Source: Vicugna vicugna
Lineage: Eukaryota
DNA: 64,000 nucleotides
Direction: 5' to 3'
NCBI GenBank assembly: GCA_013265495.1
Contig: MU063048.1
Coordinates: 4,841,302-4,905,301, forward strand
The notes beneath the pieces were generated by a model. The model searched no databases. It saw nothing but the letters and a program-made list of their open reading frames with translations, and was not told where the DNA came from. A program made the position numbers and the translations under genes. Position 1 is the first letter of the stretch, and every line of letters starts with the position of its first letter. Of this stretch, positions 33,101-45,280 are shown piece after piece.

Positions 33101-35809
33101 CACAGGTTGTAAACTGACCCTTATAGGTTGTGCTTGGGTGTGTTCTTCCTGGGTGACCTACATAGAACTTTGGGGAGGCTTAAAATTTTGCATTTTTCCA
33201 ATTTGTGATTTATGTACTTACTGTTTTATAAATTAATGTGCCCTCCCCCCACCGTTGTAGTAAATGTTTGCCTTTCCTTGGCTTCTGTTTGTATCGTCTG
33301 CAACGAAAGGCTTCTTAATGCATTCTCCTCCACCTCCAGCTTTATAGATTAAAAACCAATGTTCCTTTCTAGTTCATTGAAATTTCCCAATTTCTTCGGT
33401 ATTTCTTCCTTTTGAAAATCAAGTTCAGGTCCATCAGCAGAAGTCCTCCTCCAAGACGGGAGGCGGGGCACTGCTGGGCCTGGGGGCCCTGGGGACCAAG
33501 GAGGTCACGGCAAGGCAGCACCGGGCCGTGTGGGTCCCAAGGGTGCTGAGAGCCAGCTGCAGGAGGGTCACCAAATTTAGGACGGAGAGTGAGGGCTGAC
33601 TTGGGACCAGATGAGAGGTACCCCCAGGACATTTAGGTGGACTGACCTGTAAAAGGGAGTGGAATTCACTTTGGAAGCAGGTTCACCAGGGATCAGTCTC
33701 GGGGTGGGCAGACAGGCCCCCCAGTGGACAGGGAGGAGGCGGGGACTCTGACTGTCAACCATCACAGTGGGCACTCTGACCGTCTCTGCCCCAGACTCGG
33801 AGTGGGGCACAGCGAGAGGTCAGGAGGAACCAGGTTCCCGACCGTGGACACCGATCACTTCCCTCCGACGAAGTTTCGTTTAGCACGGCTCTGGGGTGGC
33901 CCTGGCGGAGCCACCCAAGGTGACATCCTTTAAGGCTCCTTGGCCATGGAAGGAAGCACGTGTGCCGTGCGCACAGAGCAGCCCCGCTGGGGGCGTGAGG
34001 AGAGGGAAGAAAGGATCAGGAGCGAAGAAGAGCAGGTGCCTGGGGGATTCCTCACCCAAACTGCTTCCGAGACTTGGAAGTGAGGAGCTGGGGCTGCAAT
34101 GAAATGTGGGGACGGTCGGGGGCCTCGGCAAGGTGCCCTTGGGGTCAGGGCTCGGGGGGAGGTGCTGGGGGCCAGCCTCGCATCCAGTCTGCGTTACCAT
34201 GCAGGCTCTCTTTGCTGACTGTGAGCCACAGGTGTGATTCTGTTTGGGGATGGACACTTGAGATACAGGGGTTCCTGGAGGCGCCCCCGTCAACAGACGA
34301 GCTGGACAGAGGGGCCCCTGAGCCTGTGCGGCCTCAGGGACAGCCCTGGGTCAGAAGTCCACTCCCCGCCGCCCTGCAGGTGACCCTGCCCAGTGCTCAC
34401 ACTGCCTGTACCTCAGTGTCCACATCCAAACCTTCTGCTCCCCAGGTGGCCCTATTGGGGCAGAGCAGCATTGCACCCGTGCACTGCTCGACGAATAAGC
34501 GCTGGAAAGAGAAAGCAGTTCACCCCCCAGCTGAAACCACGTGCAGCACCTCCCCCGGAAACAACCGGACGCTCCCGTCCAAAGTGTTCGTCTCAGCACC
34601 TGTTGCTGTAAAACTTGGATTTAATTTAAATATCTAATCATCAGGAACAATCAGTATGCATCAGCACGTTCACACAGTTGGGAAATTGAGAGAAGCTTTG
34701 CTACTTTGGGGAAAGCGCTTATGCTATGATGTTAAAGGGAAGGAGGCACAGAGCCACATGCACACGCGGCCTTAGCTGAGAGGGACGGGCAGCAGCTGGG
34801 GCCCCGACGTGCGGGAGGCCACACGGGGTTTTCATCCTTTGTCTTTCCTCCATTTTCTCTCTGAAGTTTACACTTTGGGGGGATAAAAATACCTTATAAT
34901 CAAAACCATAAAAGCATGGTCTTAAAGACAGAAAAGCAACAGAGAAAAGACTGACAGACATGCTGGTTTATGTCAAGTGCAGAGACAGGACGCCGGACCC
35001 ACAGGTTCAGTGTGTGCCCCGCCTAGGCCAGTCCCGTGGACTCCTCCTCTTGGCTGTGAGCTTCGCTCCTCACATGTCTTTACTTTCACACTGGTGTCTT
35101 TCGCTGGGTTGCTTGAAGTCCGGCTGGGAGGCATAGAGCGCCATTGTCGGATTTCAAAGATGCCTCTGGAAACCAAAGCTGTATCAGAGCAGGGTTCCTG
35201 CCCTCAACACATTTTCAGCTGAACACCTCCACTGGTGACCTCCTTCTCGCAGAAATCCAATGGTCTCACCCCCTTTCTGAGCCTTAGGCCTCTCAGCTCC
35301 TCTGACCAGCCCCTTCTCCACGACTGGCCTCCCCGTCCCATCTTCAGGGGCTTCCCCCACCGTAATCACCGCGTTTGTATTCCGTTGTGTCTCACCAAAT
35401 TCCGCTCCTCCTTCTCAGAATCTCTAGGCCTCCCAATGCTTTTGAATCGACCCAGATGAACATTCAGAGACGTTCATCTGCACGACACCAGCTACCCTCA
35501 TAACCAGCGGCCCAGTGGCCTGTTCTGCCCCTTCCACCCAAAGCACCCCCTCCTACTGCAGCCTCTTACCTCTCCCTCGCCCACTCTACCTGTGATTCAA
35601 ATGCTCTGCCTTTAGCAGCAAAAGGCGGGTCTCTCTCCGTTCCAGAACACTCTCCTCCCGGCCCGAATTTTCGCGTTCAGCCGCAGCCCGCAGCGGCCTC
35701 CTCCGGCCTGGCCCTTCCGTCTCCCTTGTCGTTAAGGGCTGTCTCTGGGCTTGGTGGAAGTTCTGTCCGAGTTCAGGCGATGTCTGTGGGCGTTGCTTTT
35801 AAAAATTAA

Positions 35810-36350
35810 TTACGTTTTTAAATTTCAAACCATGTTACTGAGGTGTGATTGACACGTAAGAAGCTGGATGCACTTAATGTATGTAACCTGAGTTTGGGGA
35901 TGAGTTCAATCTGTGGAGCATCACCGCCATCAAGGCCATGAACACATCCATCAACTCCCAGAGTTTCCTCCCACCCCTTTTAAATCATTGCTGTTGTTGT
36001 CATGTAGTAATTCTGTCCTCTCAGCCAAGTGTAGGTGTGCAGCCCAGCGTGTGAGCTGCAGGCCCCAAGCGGAGCCTGTCCTCCGGCGTAAGTGCAGCGC
36101 TGTCCTCCGACCGCCGCCCCCGTTCTCCCCCAGCCCCTGCATCCACGCCTCCACCCTCTGCTTCTCCAAGTGCGCCTGACTGAGATTCTGCACGCAAGTG
36201 AGGTCACACAGGGTTTGTCCTTCTGTGCCTGCCTGTGTCACTGACAACAATGTCCTCAAGCTCCATCCACATGGTCACAGATGACAGGGCGTCTTTCTTT
36301 CTTTACGATCAAACAGTACTCTGTACATCTATCCTTCATCCATTCATTAC
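35810..36350 (-). mobile_element. L1MA-type 3' end
   Basis: GTTACTGAGGTGTGATTGACACGTAAGAAGCTG...CATCACCGCCATCAAGG...ATCCACATGGTCACAGATGACAGG. The minus strand translates to degenerate ORF2 C-terminal residues. Confidence 0.75.
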
Positions 36351-36377
36351 AGGCATTCTTAAAAACTGTAAGACAGG

Positions 36378-36436
36378 TTATTCATGTAACAAATATTTTT
36401 TAGTACCTTTTGCAATACACAAGGCACTCCACTAGG
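36378..36436 (-). mobile_element. L2 3' end fragment
   Basis: ATTCATGTAACAAATATTTTTTAGTACC...CAAGGCACTCCACTAGG. Confidence 0.45.
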
Positions 36437-36929
36437 CTGTGAGAGGAGGCGTGGGTAAGTGGACAGCTCTCCTCAAACCATCACCATTTAGAGGCAAAGG
36501 TTAGACTTGCACCAAGCACTGTTGTTGAGGGAAGTGTGTGGTTACTGATCGTGGGCACGGGTTTCAACTTCGACTTGTGTATTTCTCTTGTGACCTTATT
36601 TCCCTCTGAGTCCCAGCAATGAGGGTCACGTTTCCAGTTCTTTATCATTTTCCCAGGCCTTAGTGCTCTGCATGAGGTAAGCTATCTGGCAGGCAACGTG
36701 AAGGAGAGAATTCGGACAATTTTTCAAATTGAGATAGAATTTTTTTAAACAAAGAATTTGAGTTTGCACTGCCCTAACTGCCCATCTCCGTTGGCCGAGT
36801 TCAGACGCTTTTCCCTCATCCTCGGTCTCATCTCTGTGGAGAAACGGGGCAGGATCTGCGGGGATCTCCGGCTCCCCCGGCGACGCCCGGCTCCAGCTGA
36901 AGAGCAGCTCCCTGACTCAGGCCTGGCCT

Positions 36930-37600
36930 CTGTTTTCAGGAGAGCAGCTGCTGGAATTTTTGGGCGGTGGCGCTCAGTCCTTTCTTGTCTTTCATGCCCT
37001 TGACACCCAAGGCTTCTGGCGGTCACCTTGTGGAAAGTTTCAGAATGCGGCCTTGTCTGCTGTTTCCTCGGTGTTGATCAGTGGAGGTGATGCGCTTCTG
37101 GCAGGAGTCCCAGGAAATGGCACTTGTCCTCCGAGCGTCCAGCAGGGTGTGTGGGGCCCACGGTTTCCTTCCTTCCTTCGTCCCCAGGGCTGCGGGCTTC
37201 CTCAGCTGTGAAGACTGTAATTAACACTGTTTCTCTCTTCCTAACTGGTCAACCTCTTGGGGGAGACAAGGTGAGAGACTATGGAAATATCCTGTTTTTC
37301 CTCGAAGCTGAGCACAGTGATTTTTGTGTCACCAGTGGGTCTGCCCTGCGACGGCTCTTGCTGTAGTGTTTGCCTTTTGATGACTCGGTGTTTTCCTTGT
37401 TTCTTCCACGCTTGTTAACTTAAATCCTTCGCTGCCGTTGGTTCGCCTGCTTCTTTGCTAGTTCGCGTCACTGTGGACACACGGGCATTCGTGTCGTCTT
37501 GGGGTTTAGAGCGCAGCGCCTCTCGTTTCTGGGTTAGAGGCTCTGCCCACCGGGACGCTCGCATCAGTCCAGCTTTGGCCGCTGGGAGCTCCTTCGGGCC
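36930..37600 (-). mobile_element. L1MC/L1MD-type 3'UTR remnant
   Basis: TCTTTCATGCCCTTGACAC...TGCTGTTTCCTC...TTCTGGCAGGAGTCCCAGGAAATGGC...GAGACTATGGAAATATCCTGTT follows the order of L1MC/MD 3' motifs. Confidence 0.6.
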
Positions 37601-39789
37601 GGTGTCTGTGCCACATGCCTCTCTTTCTCAAACCCTCCCCTGTCTTCTGGCCCCACCAGCCTCAGGCTTGTCTGGCAGCCCCCTCGCTCCCACCTGGGAT
37701 GAGCCGCGTGCCCACAGCCGGGGCCCGCCATGCCGGCGCGTTACTCAGAACAGGCTGTGGATCAGGCCGTGCCTGACCTTGCCTGGTTTTCCAGTCTCTG
37801 TTTCACCACCACAGTTGCACCCCAACCACCACCTCCTGGTGGAGACGCTGCCCCAGGAGAGCAAGGCCTCGTGTCCGGCCCCTCGGCGCCTGCTCAGCTC
37901 AGAGGAGCAGAGGTTGTCTCCCTTTGCTTTGGGGCGCTCATCACTCAGGAGACGGTGCTGGCAAGTTGGCCACAGAAGCAATCAGGGCTTTGAAGCAATT
38001 CCAGCTTCTGCCAGCCTGGGGAGCCTGAAACCAGGAATCATGTCTCTGTCCTCATCTTTCTATAAATAGCTCTGAAGGAGACAGAATCCAGGAGCCTGTA
38101 CATCACTCCACAGAACCGAGTGCACTCTGGCAGCCAGGACACAGGGACGCACGTATCGCAGGACGTCAGTAAGCCTGGTCTCCAAGGTGCAAACTGACGC
38201 GGATCCTGAGGAGTCTCTCCTGCACACACGTGCCAAACGTGTACACCAGCAGCGAGAGGCAGGAGGTGAGCTGCTCGGGGCAGGGCGGGTGATCGGCCTG
38301 AGAGCACGTGGGGCAGGGCTGACTCTGAGGGGTGGGGCAGGCAGCGTGGGTCCTGCTGCTGAACCTTGCTGTCGAATTCGTCTGACACATTCCGTTATCT
38401 TTATCCTTTCGAGATCCCCTAACATTCAGAGGTGTAAGTGAGGCCAAAATTGTCCCCGTCGGCTGCAGCTGCCCCGGGAGCCCAGGCGGACCCAGGGATG
38501 CGCAGCATGTGGTGAACGCACTGCAGCCGTGGCCCTGGTGTCCCAGCGAGGAGCGGAGCTTTCAGGGACTCACACGCCGTGCTGTGTCCGTCCTGGGTCC
38601 CGGCACACTTGGGGAGATGACGGCTTGGAAGCGGGGAGGGCCTTCGGCCTCGCCTTTGAGGGCAGTGGCAGAAAAAGCAGTTAAAGACAGGCCCCCGAGT
38701 TCACATCCCAGGCTGGCCCGAGGCAGTCTCTCACCCCCAGCTTCATCCTGCGCCGGGTCCGGGGTGCCGACGCAGCGCCTCCCTGCGCCCCCGGTGACTG
38801 AGCGCGCACCAGGCACGCTCCGCGCTGGACGGGCCGTGCGCGGGGCCCTGAGCCAGAGGACGCCCTCCTCACAGTGGGCTTTCACTTCTCCACCAGCGCG
38901 GACCTGCACGTTCAAGTCATCCTGCGCATTCGGGTCCAACGCCACCACTTATCCTGTGCTGAGCTCACTCCCGCTTTGGCCCCTGTGGCTGCAGCCGGTG
39001 GACGTCTGAGCCCCTTGACTCCTGTGCTTCCTGAGAACATCCTTCCTCTGGCTCCAAGACAGAGGCCGTCAAGGGCTGACTGAGCAATTACAGCACGGGA
39101 ACCCTTGCCTGGGGCGGGGAGGCAGCTGTTCCCCAGGACAAGTGCAGGGCTGGTAGGGGGCCCCAGGACGCACGTGTGGGGAGCAGGGCCAGGTGGCCAG
39201 ATGCTGCGGATGGAGTTGTCGGGCACGTCGGGGAGCTCAGACTCGGGTCTAAGAGCAGCTGGAGCATGGAGGCTTTACCCAGGCTGCTTTTCAGATGAGA
39301 TGAGGTTACGTCTACGTCAGTGGTGGGCACTCGGGGGGCACACTCCCTGCTGCTGTCCCTGCCGCTGTCACCATCGCTGCTTCCGTACCTTGAGCCTTAT
39401 TCAGGAGAACGTAACCACTACTCTTTCTTAGAGAACTCTGCATATCTGAAGGCCCCCAAACTGGATACTAGACACTCTGTAACCCCCTCTCAGTTTACGG
39501 GGAAGTTGTCTAGACTCGGGGGGGGGCACGTGTGGGAGTCTGGGGAGCTGTCTGACTCCCCCCCAGACCAGTGGGAGCTGGGTCTCGAGAAGACAGACCA
39601 TGAGGCTCAGCTCCCCCAGACGTCTGTCACCTGCCGTCACGTCAGCCTTGGACTCATGAAGATGATTGTGGTCCAAATCCTTTTTCTCCTTCAATAAGCC
39701 TTCAGTGTCTGGGTACCTAACACCTGCTGCGGCTGGGGTAACCACGGGTCCAGCAGCAGACACATCAGAACGTCTGTCTCCATGTGTTT

Positions 39790-40425
39790 TATTTTTATTT
39801 ATTTATTTATCTATTTTAATTGCAGTGCGGTCAGTTACAGTGTGCCCGTTTCTGGTGTGCAGCACAGTGTCCCGGTCATGCATGTACATACATATATTCA
39901 TTTTCATATACTTTTCCATTAAAGGTTATTACAAGATATTGAATGTAGTTCCTTGTGCTGTACGGAAGAAACTTGTTTTTTATCTAGTTTTATACATAGT
40001 GGTCAGCCTTTGCAAGTCTCAAACCCTTAAGTATGTCCCTTCCCACCCTTTCTCCCCTGGTAACCATAAATTGTTTACTGTGTCTGTCTGTTTCTGTTTT
40101 GTAGATGAGCTCATTAGTGTCCTTTTCGTTTCTTTTCTTTTTTTAAGATTCCACATATGAGTGATACCATGTGGCACTTTTCTTTCTCTTTCTGTCTTAC
40201 TTCACTTAGAGTGATGATCTCCAGGTCCATCCATGTTGCTGCAAATGGCATTATTTTATTATGTTTTACGGCCGAGCAGCACTCCGTTGCATAAATGCAC
40301 CGCAACGCCTTTATCCGGTCGCCTGTCAATGGACATCGAGGCTGTTTCCGCGTCTCGGCTGTCGTACATGGAGCTGCTGTGAACTTCGGGGTGCAGGTCT
40401 TTTCCAATTAAGTTCCCTCCAGATG
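39790..40425 (-). mobile_element. Cetartiodactyl/camelid-type L1 3' end
   Basis: T-rich tail, AGGTTATTACAAGATATTGAATGTAGTTCC and AGATTCCACATATGAGTGATACCATGTGG. The minus strand translates to KIMPFAATWMDLEIITLSEVRQKEKEKCHMVSLICGI (L1 ORF2 C-terminus). Confidence 0.92.
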
Positions 40426-40779
40426 TGTGACCAGGACTGGGATTTCTATGTGTTTTAACCTAAAATTTTAAAAATGAGCTGAACTCACGCTTAGCCCAGG
40501 GAGTGGCAGTGGCCCCATGCTCGTCCAGCTCCACGATCGCCGGGAGGGTCCTAATGGTGACTGCCATGGGGCACTGCCAGGGCCCCTCCCACTTCCGGTG
40601 TTAAACAGAAGGCCCCCCCAGAATGTGAATGAAAACTGTAGTGAGAAAGAGGAGCCGTCCCCCCTCCCGAGAACAGGCGCTGTCAGCGGCCTTTCCAGAG
40701 TAAAACCATGCAGTGCTAACCTCACAAGAAGCCAGCCCCTTACATTCGAGACTCTCAAAGAGGCTATTTGAAACGTAGA

Positions 40780-41091
40780 TGCTGTAGACTGAACGTGTCC
40801 CCACGAAGTCCACGTGTGGAGACTGTAACCCCCAAGGGAGGGGGTAGGAGGTGGGGCTTTGGGAGGTGATCAGGTCCTGAGGATCCTGATCAGGGATTGG
40901 AGTCCCTGTAGAAGGGACCCCAGAGAGCTCCCGCCCCTCCCTCCACATGAGGACGTGGCGGGAAGACAGATACGAGGTCTGTGGGGCCGAGGTCCGGACT
41001 TCCGCCTCCAGAACTGTGAGAAGTCCAGGCCTGCTGCTAGCCTCCCCATTTGTGGTAGTTGTTTGAGCAGCAGCCCAGTCGAGCTAACGCA
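40780..41091 (+). mobile_element. MaLR LTR (MLT1A/B-like)
   Basis: TGCTGTAGACTGAACGTGTCC...GGAGGTGGGGCTTTGGGAGGTGATCAGG...CCTCCAGAACTGTGAGAA...GCAGCCC...GAGCTAACGCA. Confidence 0.85.
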
Positions 41092-42267
41092 GCAAGTGCC
41101 CACCCTCCCTGACCCCACGTCAGAAGTGTGCTTCACCCCAGGTGCCAGCTACAGACCTATCCCTGTGGTTATAGAGAAGTCCGGAGCACACAGTCCGGAG
41201 ACTCTCCCAAACCCCACACTCCGCATGAATGATCTGTTCAATAGCCCGTGCCGGACAGAGTGTAGGAAGCTGGAGTCCTGAGCTGAGGAAGACATCACCC
41301 TGGCTTCACGAGCTCTCACACATGCACGTGCACGCAGCGCGTGCACACGCACTGCATGGTACCGTGTGATGAGGGAAATGAGGAGCGGCTTCTGCAAGAC
41401 AGAGTTCTGTGGGTGCAACAGGGACGTATCCAGGAAAGGACTCAGGGAGGGGCGAGGAGTCCTCCCAGACAGCACCCCCCCACCCTAAATGAGCCGGGGC
41501 GGGCCAGCCTGAGTGGACAGCTGCGCAGAAGCAAGGAGGGCACAGGGCATGTGGCCTGAGGGTCAGCAAGTCGTCCGGGGAGGGAAGCACCCAGGAGACT
41601 CAGGAAGGGCATGTTGGTGGCCACCAGGCTCTGCCAAATGTTCCCCTACATCCTGTTGCCCACAGGCCGCACAGCCTCCCCAGGGAGCTGAAAGCCTCTA
41701 ATGAGGACCACATGGACCTTCCAGAAGACCCTGTGGATTCCAGGTGAATCTTGCTGTCTTCGGGGGCAGGAGAGGACGCGTCCGCTTAGCGGTCCCTCCA
41801 GGCCCGCCCAGAGGCACTCCTTACCTGTTTGTAGCCCTTGTACGTGCATCTGTAAACAGTAAATGATATGTTTTGCTTGTTTTTAAAGGATTCTAGAAAT
41901 TACATTTGTAATGTTTTATCTCTTTTATAGGAAAAATAAGCATTACAAAATACGAAATACCAGTTCTCGTTGTGGGAGCCAGCACCCTGTATGTCTTGCA
42001 TCTTGTTTAAAAAGCCCGAGGAGAGCCCGGAGCGCCGGTGGCTAACATCCACGGCTCAGGGTGCAGAGCGCTACTCAGCAGCCCTGACGGCTCCTTCCTG
42101 AAGCTGCGGTGGGGCCCTGCCCGCAGGGCAGGTCGGAGGCGGCCCTGGGGTCAGGACCCGCGGCCTGCACAGCCCAGGACAGGGCCGGGCTGGCGGGGCC
42201 TTTCTGCTTCAGACCCAGCGCAGCGCGGAGACGGGTCAAGGCCACCTCCAGGGTGGGTCCTGGACAC

Positions 42268-42346
42268 TCCTTCCTCCCTTCCTTCCTCCCTCCCTCCCTC
42301 CCTTCCTTCCTTTCTCTCTCTCTCTCTCTGTCTTTCCTTCTTTTTT
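42268..42346. repeat. Polypyrimidine microsatellite (CCTT/CCCT/CT)n at the SINE tail
   Basis: Seen directly. Confidence 0.9.
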
Positions 42347-42496
42347 CTTAAGAAATGGATTTTCCGCTTTTTCGGTTATTTCGTGGGGGGGATAACTATA
42401 GGTTTATCTGCTTGTTTTGATGCAGGTCCGGGGGACAGAGCCCAGGACCTTGTGTGTGCTGAGCACACGCTCTACCCCTGTGCTGTACCCTCCCCC
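42340..42496 (-). mobile_element. Camelid-type tRNA-derived SINE
   Basis: Minus strand GGGGGAGGGTACAGCACAGGGGTAGAGCGTGTGCTCAGCACACACAAGGTCCTGGGCTCTGTCCCCGGACC shows degenerate A/B boxes, followed by AAACCTATAGTTATCCCCCCC and an A-rich tail. Confidence 0.8.
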
Positions 42497-42941
42497 TTGG
42501 ATGCATGTTTCTAACTGACCGAGCAAATTTCCAGAGTCTGAGGGGGGGAGCAAGCAGAGCCCCTGACCTGGGTGACGCGGACGATGTGGTGGTGCCACCC
42601 TCCACGCTCCCTGACGGAGTGAATGAGGAACAGGTCTGCCCTCAGCTCCTCTTCTCCCTGAGAGCAGCAGGGTGAGGGCTGGGAAGCTCTGGGCAGAGTT
42701 CCGAGCTCTTCATTAGAGGAGGTGGTGTTTGAACATGGAGGCCAGAGTCTTCCAAGTGTGGGGTGGCTCACTGATGTCATTCAAACATAATAGTAATTGA
42801 AATCGTCTTATTTACAAAATAAAAGGTCTCCAGAGAAGACCTAAGAATGAGAAGGAGCCCCTTTGAGCCATGACGGCACTTCTGGAAAATCATTTTTAGG
42901 AGAAAATCTCACTCAGGCTTGCAGAAATGTGAGCACGAGGT

Positions 42942-43070
42942 GTTTGTGGGTCGTCTTTCTCACCCCTCGAACAGCGTTCATGCCTGTCTGGTGTGCTGGT
43001 ATCTCCCTGGACCTAGAAGACTGCCCAGCACACAGTAGGTGTTCAGTTAACACTTGCTGAGTGAAGGAGC
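42942..43070 (+). mobile_element. L2 3' end fragment
   Basis: GACCTAGAAGACTGCCCAGCACACAGTAGGTGTTCAGTTAACACTTGCTGAGTGAA. Confidence 0.7.
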
Positions 43071-43699
43071 GGCACTGAAAATTTGGCCCTGCTCTCAACG
43101 TCACAAAGAGAGACCGTCTCCTCGTCTCGCGTTCAGCACAGAGCAGGGACGCACTGATGGAAGCAATCCGATCAAACACTAGATGCCAGGGTGTATCCAG
43201 GATCAGGGAGCCGCTCAGGACGTGGCAGGGCCTCCAGGTGAGGAGGGCGCTTCCATGCAGAACAGGGGGACTCTCCTGAGACAGTGTGGGCTCAGGTCAC
43301 CTGCACGCACTGTACGAGTTCTGGTGTCAAATCCAGGCTCTGTCAGACCCAGCTGGGCTTAAAGACCTTGAGCTGAGGAAAGCTCTAGAGTTTCAGGTGA
43401 TCAGATAGTAAAAGGTCTTGGCTTCCTGAAGGGTTGCTCCACGTCGACAGTGTCAGTTGATTCCTTTCTCAAAGACATCTTTCACCCCAATGTCAGGCTT
43501 TTGAGGTCTCTTTGCCCTGCCCTCCCCTGACAAGAGGACTTGGGGGGAAAAGGGCATATAGGTCAAATAGATCATAGTCATGAATCAGGGTGGCCTTTGT
43601 GATGATGGTGTAGAATTCGATGTATTGATACAGAACGTCAACCCACATGTGAGTAAAACACCTGCTCCATGACAGCGTCTATACCACAGCACCGTGCAT

Positions 43700-44305
43700 A
43701 TACCTCTACCGAGCCTCTCTATCCACCGCCTACCTACCGCCTACCTCCCACCTACCTACTGTAACAGAAAAGACCAAATCTGACTCTATATTAGATCTGT
43801 TCCTTTGGCTTTAACCCTGTGCCCTGTTTTCTAGGCTTAGTCTTGCTGGCTCTGCACTCATGTAAAGATAGCAAGTTGCAGAACAGAGAAAAACATTTGT
43901 TTTGTTGGAGGTTTTGCAGGAGCACCATGACCTGGCCCACATGGACAACTGCAAGGACAAAGAATTCCTGCAGCAAGAAGTTTGCAACAACCAACCACAC
44001 CCCCTCCCCCTCCTTTTTATTTTTATTTTTTTTGTATAAAAGGAGCCTGTATTCTGACCCGAGGAGGATGGGTCTCTAAGACATTAGTCTGCCATCCTCT
44101 CGGTCTGCCGGCTTTCCGAACAAAGTCGCTATTCCTTGTCCCAACACCTCGTCTTCCAATTTGTTGGCCTGTTGTGTGGCAAGTAGAATGAGTTTGGACT
44201 CGGTAATACTACCATCTACCTATCACCTACCTACCAACCACCTACCTACCACCTACCTACCACCCACCTACCACCTACCTACCATCCATCTATCCAATCT
44301 GCCTA
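43700..44305. repeat. Degenerate (CCTA/CCAC)n microsatellite split by the LTR
   Basis: CCTACCTACC-type repeats at about 43700-43759 and 44209-44305. Confidence 0.8.
43760..44208 (+). mobile_element. Solo ERV LTR (449 bp, ERV1-like 4-bp TSD)
   Basis: Starts TGTAAC and ends CTCGGTAATA (degenerate ...CA). CTAC is duplicated at 43756-43759 and 44209-44212. Internal TATAAAAGG near 44035 and an AACAAA poly(A)-like hexamer near 44119. Confidence 0.8.
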
Positions 44306-44309
44306 GAGA

Positions 44310-44460
44310 CACAGCAAAAGGAGTATTCAGGAGACATTAAGGTTGCTTATCTCTAGATGAAGAGGTGAAGATAATTCTTACTTTTAAAAATATTTCATAT
44401 ACATATGGACTATTTCAGTAGTTAGCATATGTCACTTTTATCTTTAGAAAAAAGCTACTT
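44310..44460 (+). mobile_element. L1ME 3' end fragment
   Basis: ACATTAAGGTTGCTTATCTCTAGATGAAGAGG...CATATGTCACTTTTATC. Confidence 0.45.
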
Positions 44461-44596
44461 TTATGTTAAGAGAGAGAGACAGACAAAGGGTTAGCACATT
44501 CCTGAGCTTCTAATTCAGGCAGTTGATCGACCAAGTTGAATCTTCTGTAAGCGGTATTGAAACAGCTGAGCTGGAACACTGAGTGTGGGGCTACGT

Positions 44597-44880
44597 CTTT
44601 TTATTTTTACAGACTTTCTTTTTTCAGAGTAGTTTTAGGTTCCCGACAGGCACAGAGATTTCCCATGTGCCCCTGCCACGCCCCCTCAGCACACACCCAG
44701 TGCCGCCAATACCTGGTACACGTCTCTGTCCACAAACCCGCCGCACGCCGATCGCCATCACCCAGCATTCACGTCAAGGTCACCCTTGCTGCTGTGCTCT
44801 CTGTGGGTGTCGACAGATGTTTCCACATTATAATGGTATACGCGTGTTTCCACCGCCTCAGCTGTGCCTAGGCATCTCCC
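44597..44880 (-). mobile_element. L1MA8-like 3' end
   Basis: TTTTTCAGAGTAGTTTTAGGTTC...ACAGAGATTTCCCATGTGCCCC...CATCACCCAGCATTCAC...GGTCACCCTTGCTGCTGTGC. Confidence 0.7.
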
Positions 44881-45026
44881 TCACTCCCACACCACTGGTC
44901 TTTTTATGTTGGAGTGACAGCTTTCTAAAGGCGAGATTTTCTCTTGCACTGCTTCTCTCTTTGGAATTTGGATTTAGAGAAAACCTCCTAATTGCTACTA
45001 CTCACCAGCTGCATGGCCCTGATCAA

Positions 45027-45130
45027 ATTACTTGACCTCTCTGAGCCTAAGTGTTCTCACCTGTAACACAGACACAAAATAACTGTCTGGCAGTGATGAA
45101 TAAATGTCTGCAAAGTGCTCACCGTGATTC
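45027..45130 (+). mobile_element. MIR core fragment
   Basis: ATTACTTGACCTCTCTGAGCCTAAGTGTTCTCACCTGTAA...GCAAAGTGCTCACCGTG. Confidence 0.7.
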
Positions 45131-45134
45131 TGAG

Positions 45135-45280
45135 GAACGTGCGTGTGTGCGTGAATGCCTGTGCTGTGGGGGGGCATGTGTGTAGCGTGTGCATGTACTG
45201 TACGTGCAGGCGCCTACGTGTACGGGTGTGCATGTCATGTATGTGTGTTGCATGTGTGCACCCGCACAGGTGTGGGTATA
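45135..45280. repeat. Degenerate (TG/CATG)n low-complexity tract
   Basis: GTGCGTGTGTGCGTG...GTGCATGTCATGTATGTGTGTTGCATGTGTGCAC. Confidence 0.75.

Noticed and set aside
39250-39722. Possible LTR-like segment ending AATAAGCC...TAACA with an imperfect internal inverted repeat
   Set aside because: No clear 5' TG boundary or target-site duplication could be identified; needs a Dfam search.
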